This document shows, in pieces, positions 1 through 552 of a stretch of DNA of 552 nucleotides; within the stretch, counting starts at the first letter, position 1, and the number at the start of each line of letters is the position of its first letter. Under the pieces are notes generated by a model. The model made no database searches, was not told the origin of the DNA, and worked only from the letters and a program-made list of their open reading frames with translations. This DNA comes from Escherichia coli. Lineage in GTDB: Bacteria; Pseudomonadota; Gammaproteobacteria; Enterobacterales; Enterobacteriaceae. Both the position numbers and the translations under genes were made by a program. The stretch lies in assembly GCF_003334255.1 (NCBI RefSeq), contig NZ_QOWU01000224.1; one strand, 5' to 3'.

Positions 1-320
1 TCGTGGTGACATTGTCTGCAGTGCCAGCTGGCTTTACGCACCACGGGTAAGGCATCCGGTACGAATTGCTGCAGACGTTTAATCAACTGTATTTCTCTGC
101 GCTCCGGCCTGACATAAGGGCACTGTTGACCGTGCTCTGTCAGCCTGTCGTCAGTGTGTTCAAACCAGGGAAGTTCAGTTTCGTATTGCGGATGGTATCT
201 GAGTGCACTGCCACACAAGTGGCAGGTGTAGTTAGCATAAGGTGCGGCCTGTGCAGTACGGGCGCCCGTCAGACGTCCGTTGCCATCAAGAGCGATAAAG
301 GATTTTGCGTACATAGTCAT
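1..320 (-). CDS. Hypothetical cysteine/histidine-rich (putative zinc-ribbon) protein, N-terminal 106 codons; 3' end lies beyond the window. Start may instead be the in-frame ATG at 314..312.
   Basis: Manual reverse-complement translation: ATG at 320..318, frame open to position 1 (106 codons plus 2 nt), in-frame TGA upstream at 380..378 with no intervening ATG or GTG. GAGG lies 3 nt upstream of the first ATG. Charged-residue content is typical of a globular protein. Motifs: C33-x2-C36...H55...C67 and C101-x2-C104-H-H. Absent from the ORF track, presumably because no stop is reached inside the window. Confidence 0.6.
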   Translation of the reverse strand, partial: MTMYAKSFIALDGNGRLTGARTAQAAPYANYTCHLCGSALRYHPQYETELPWFEHTDDRLTEHGQQCPYVRPERREIQLIKRLQQFVPDALPVVRKASWHCRQCHH

Positions 321-323
321 ATA

Positions 324-327
324 CCTC
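324..327 (-). promoter_or_regulatory. Shine-Dalgarno-like GAGG (minus strand reads ctGAGGtatATG)
   Basis: Minus-strand sequence gctgaggtat immediately precedes the ATG at 320..318. Spacing is 3 nt to the first ATG (short) and 9 nt to the second ATG at 314..312 (acceptable). Confidence 0.45.
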
Positions 328-398
328 AGCCGCCAGACGACACGCAGGCAACAGCCGTCCCGGTACGGGCAGCGTGGTCAGGGTGTGAATGGCGGTTC

Positions 399-428
399 AG
401 TTAAAATCTGGACTGGAGTTTGGGTAAA
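399..428 (-). promoter_or_regulatory. Weak sigma70-like promoter candidate for the minus-strand gene (-35 TTTACC, 18-nt spacer, -10 TTAACT)
   Basis: Minus strand reads TTTACC (plus 428..423), then caaactccagtccagatt, then TTAACT (plus 404..399). Both hexamers match consensus only partially and the spacer is long. This would place the transcription start about 70 nt upstream of the ATG. Confidence 0.2.
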
Positions 429-440
429 GCAGGCTGGTTG

Positions 441-455
441 CTGTTACAGCACTGT
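441..455. repeat. Cluster of alternating CTGT/ACAG half-sites (CTGT-t-ACAG-ca-CTGT)
   Basis: Plus 441..444 ctgt, 446..449 acag, 452..455 ctgt. Adjacent half-sites are exact reverse complements with 1-nt and 2-nt centres. Confidence 0.45.
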
Positions 456-473
456 GGTTGTCACACAATGGAA

Positions 474-497
474 CACTGACGTAAAAAACAGTCAGTG
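474..497. repeat. Perfect 7-bp inverted repeat CACTGAC-N10-GTCAGTG with an A-rich spacer; candidate operator or RNA hairpin
   Basis: Plus 474..480 cactgac, spacer 481..490 gtaaaaaaca, 491..497 gtcagtg, which is the exact reverse complement of the left arm. It sits about 155 bp upstream of the minus-strand start codon. Confidence 0.6.
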
Positions 498-552
498 GGC
501 GAGTGGATACATCGTTGCCGCCAGACAACAACCCATACTTTTGGTTTGCCGG

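Noticed and set aside
66-404. The 112-aa + strand ORF from the provided track as a real protein-coding gene
   Set aside because: It starts at TTG without a properly spaced SD, is fully antisense to a better-supported minus-strand ORF, and its translation is Ser/Val/Ala/Cys-rich with no recognisable motif. A long open frame antisense to a real gene is a common artefact. Not excluded without a homology search.
474-497. The inverted repeat as a rho-independent terminator
   Set aside because: The stem is only 7 bp with a 10-nt loop and is not followed by a T-run on either strand. The T-run on the minus strand lies inside the loop. Operator or regulatory hairpin is more plausible.
468-516. A sigma70 promoter overlapping the LexA-like box (minus strand CTGACT ... 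TCCATT)
   Set aside because: Both hexamers match consensus poorly, with the -10 lacking the conserved second-position A. Weaker than the already weak 399..428 candidate.
492-536. A 14-codon minus-strand mini-ORF (MGCCLAATMYPLAH) ending inside the hairpin, as a leader peptide or the end of an upstream gene
   Set aside because: No SD precedes its ATG, it is very short, and there is no attenuator-like arrangement of alternative hairpins. Most likely a chance ORF.
397-552. A minus-strand frame entering from the right edge, open for 51 codons and stopping at 399..397, as the C-terminus of an upstream gene
   Set aside because: The translation (PANQKYGLLSGGNDVSTRPLTVFYVSVPLCDNHSAVTATSLLYPNSSPDFN) is low-complexity, no start is visible, and a stop-free run of this length is not unusual by chance. 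It would also overlap the promoter candidate. Cannot be assessed without sequence beyond 552.
1-552. CRISPR repeats, tRNA or other structured RNA genes, or IS or transposon terminal inverted repeats
   Set aside because: No repeated spacer-repeat units, no tRNA-like features recognised, and no terminal inverted repeats or target-site duplications are visible in the window.

Overview
The window is best explained by one gene on the minus strand that the supplied ORF track does not list. It starts at ATG 320..318 (alternative in-frame ATG 314..312), is preceded by a GAGG Shine-Dalgarno-like motif and an in-frame stop at 380..378, and stays open for 106 codons until it runs off the left edge at position 1. 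Its translation (MTMYAKSFIALDGNGRLTGARTAQAAPYANYTCHLCGSALRYHPQYETELPWFEHTDDRLTEHGQQCPYVRPERREIQLIKRLQQFVPDALPVVRKASWHCRQCHH...) carries a C-x2-C...H...C cluster and a second C-x2-C-H-H cluster at the truncated end. This resembles a zinc-ribbon domain of the kind found at the N-terminus of CoiA-like predicted nucleases, but that is recalled from memory and unverified. The track's + strand ORF (66..404) lies entirely antisense to this gene, uses a TTG start with no well-spaced ribosome-binding site, and is most likely a shadow ORF. Positions 381..552 appear to be the upstream non-coding region and contain a 7-bp inverted repeat with a near-LexA-box core, a cluster of CTGT/ACAG half-sites and a weak promoter candidate. 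No RNA genes, CRISPR repeats or mobile-element ends are visible. Whether this belongs to a larger system cannot be judged from 552 bp.
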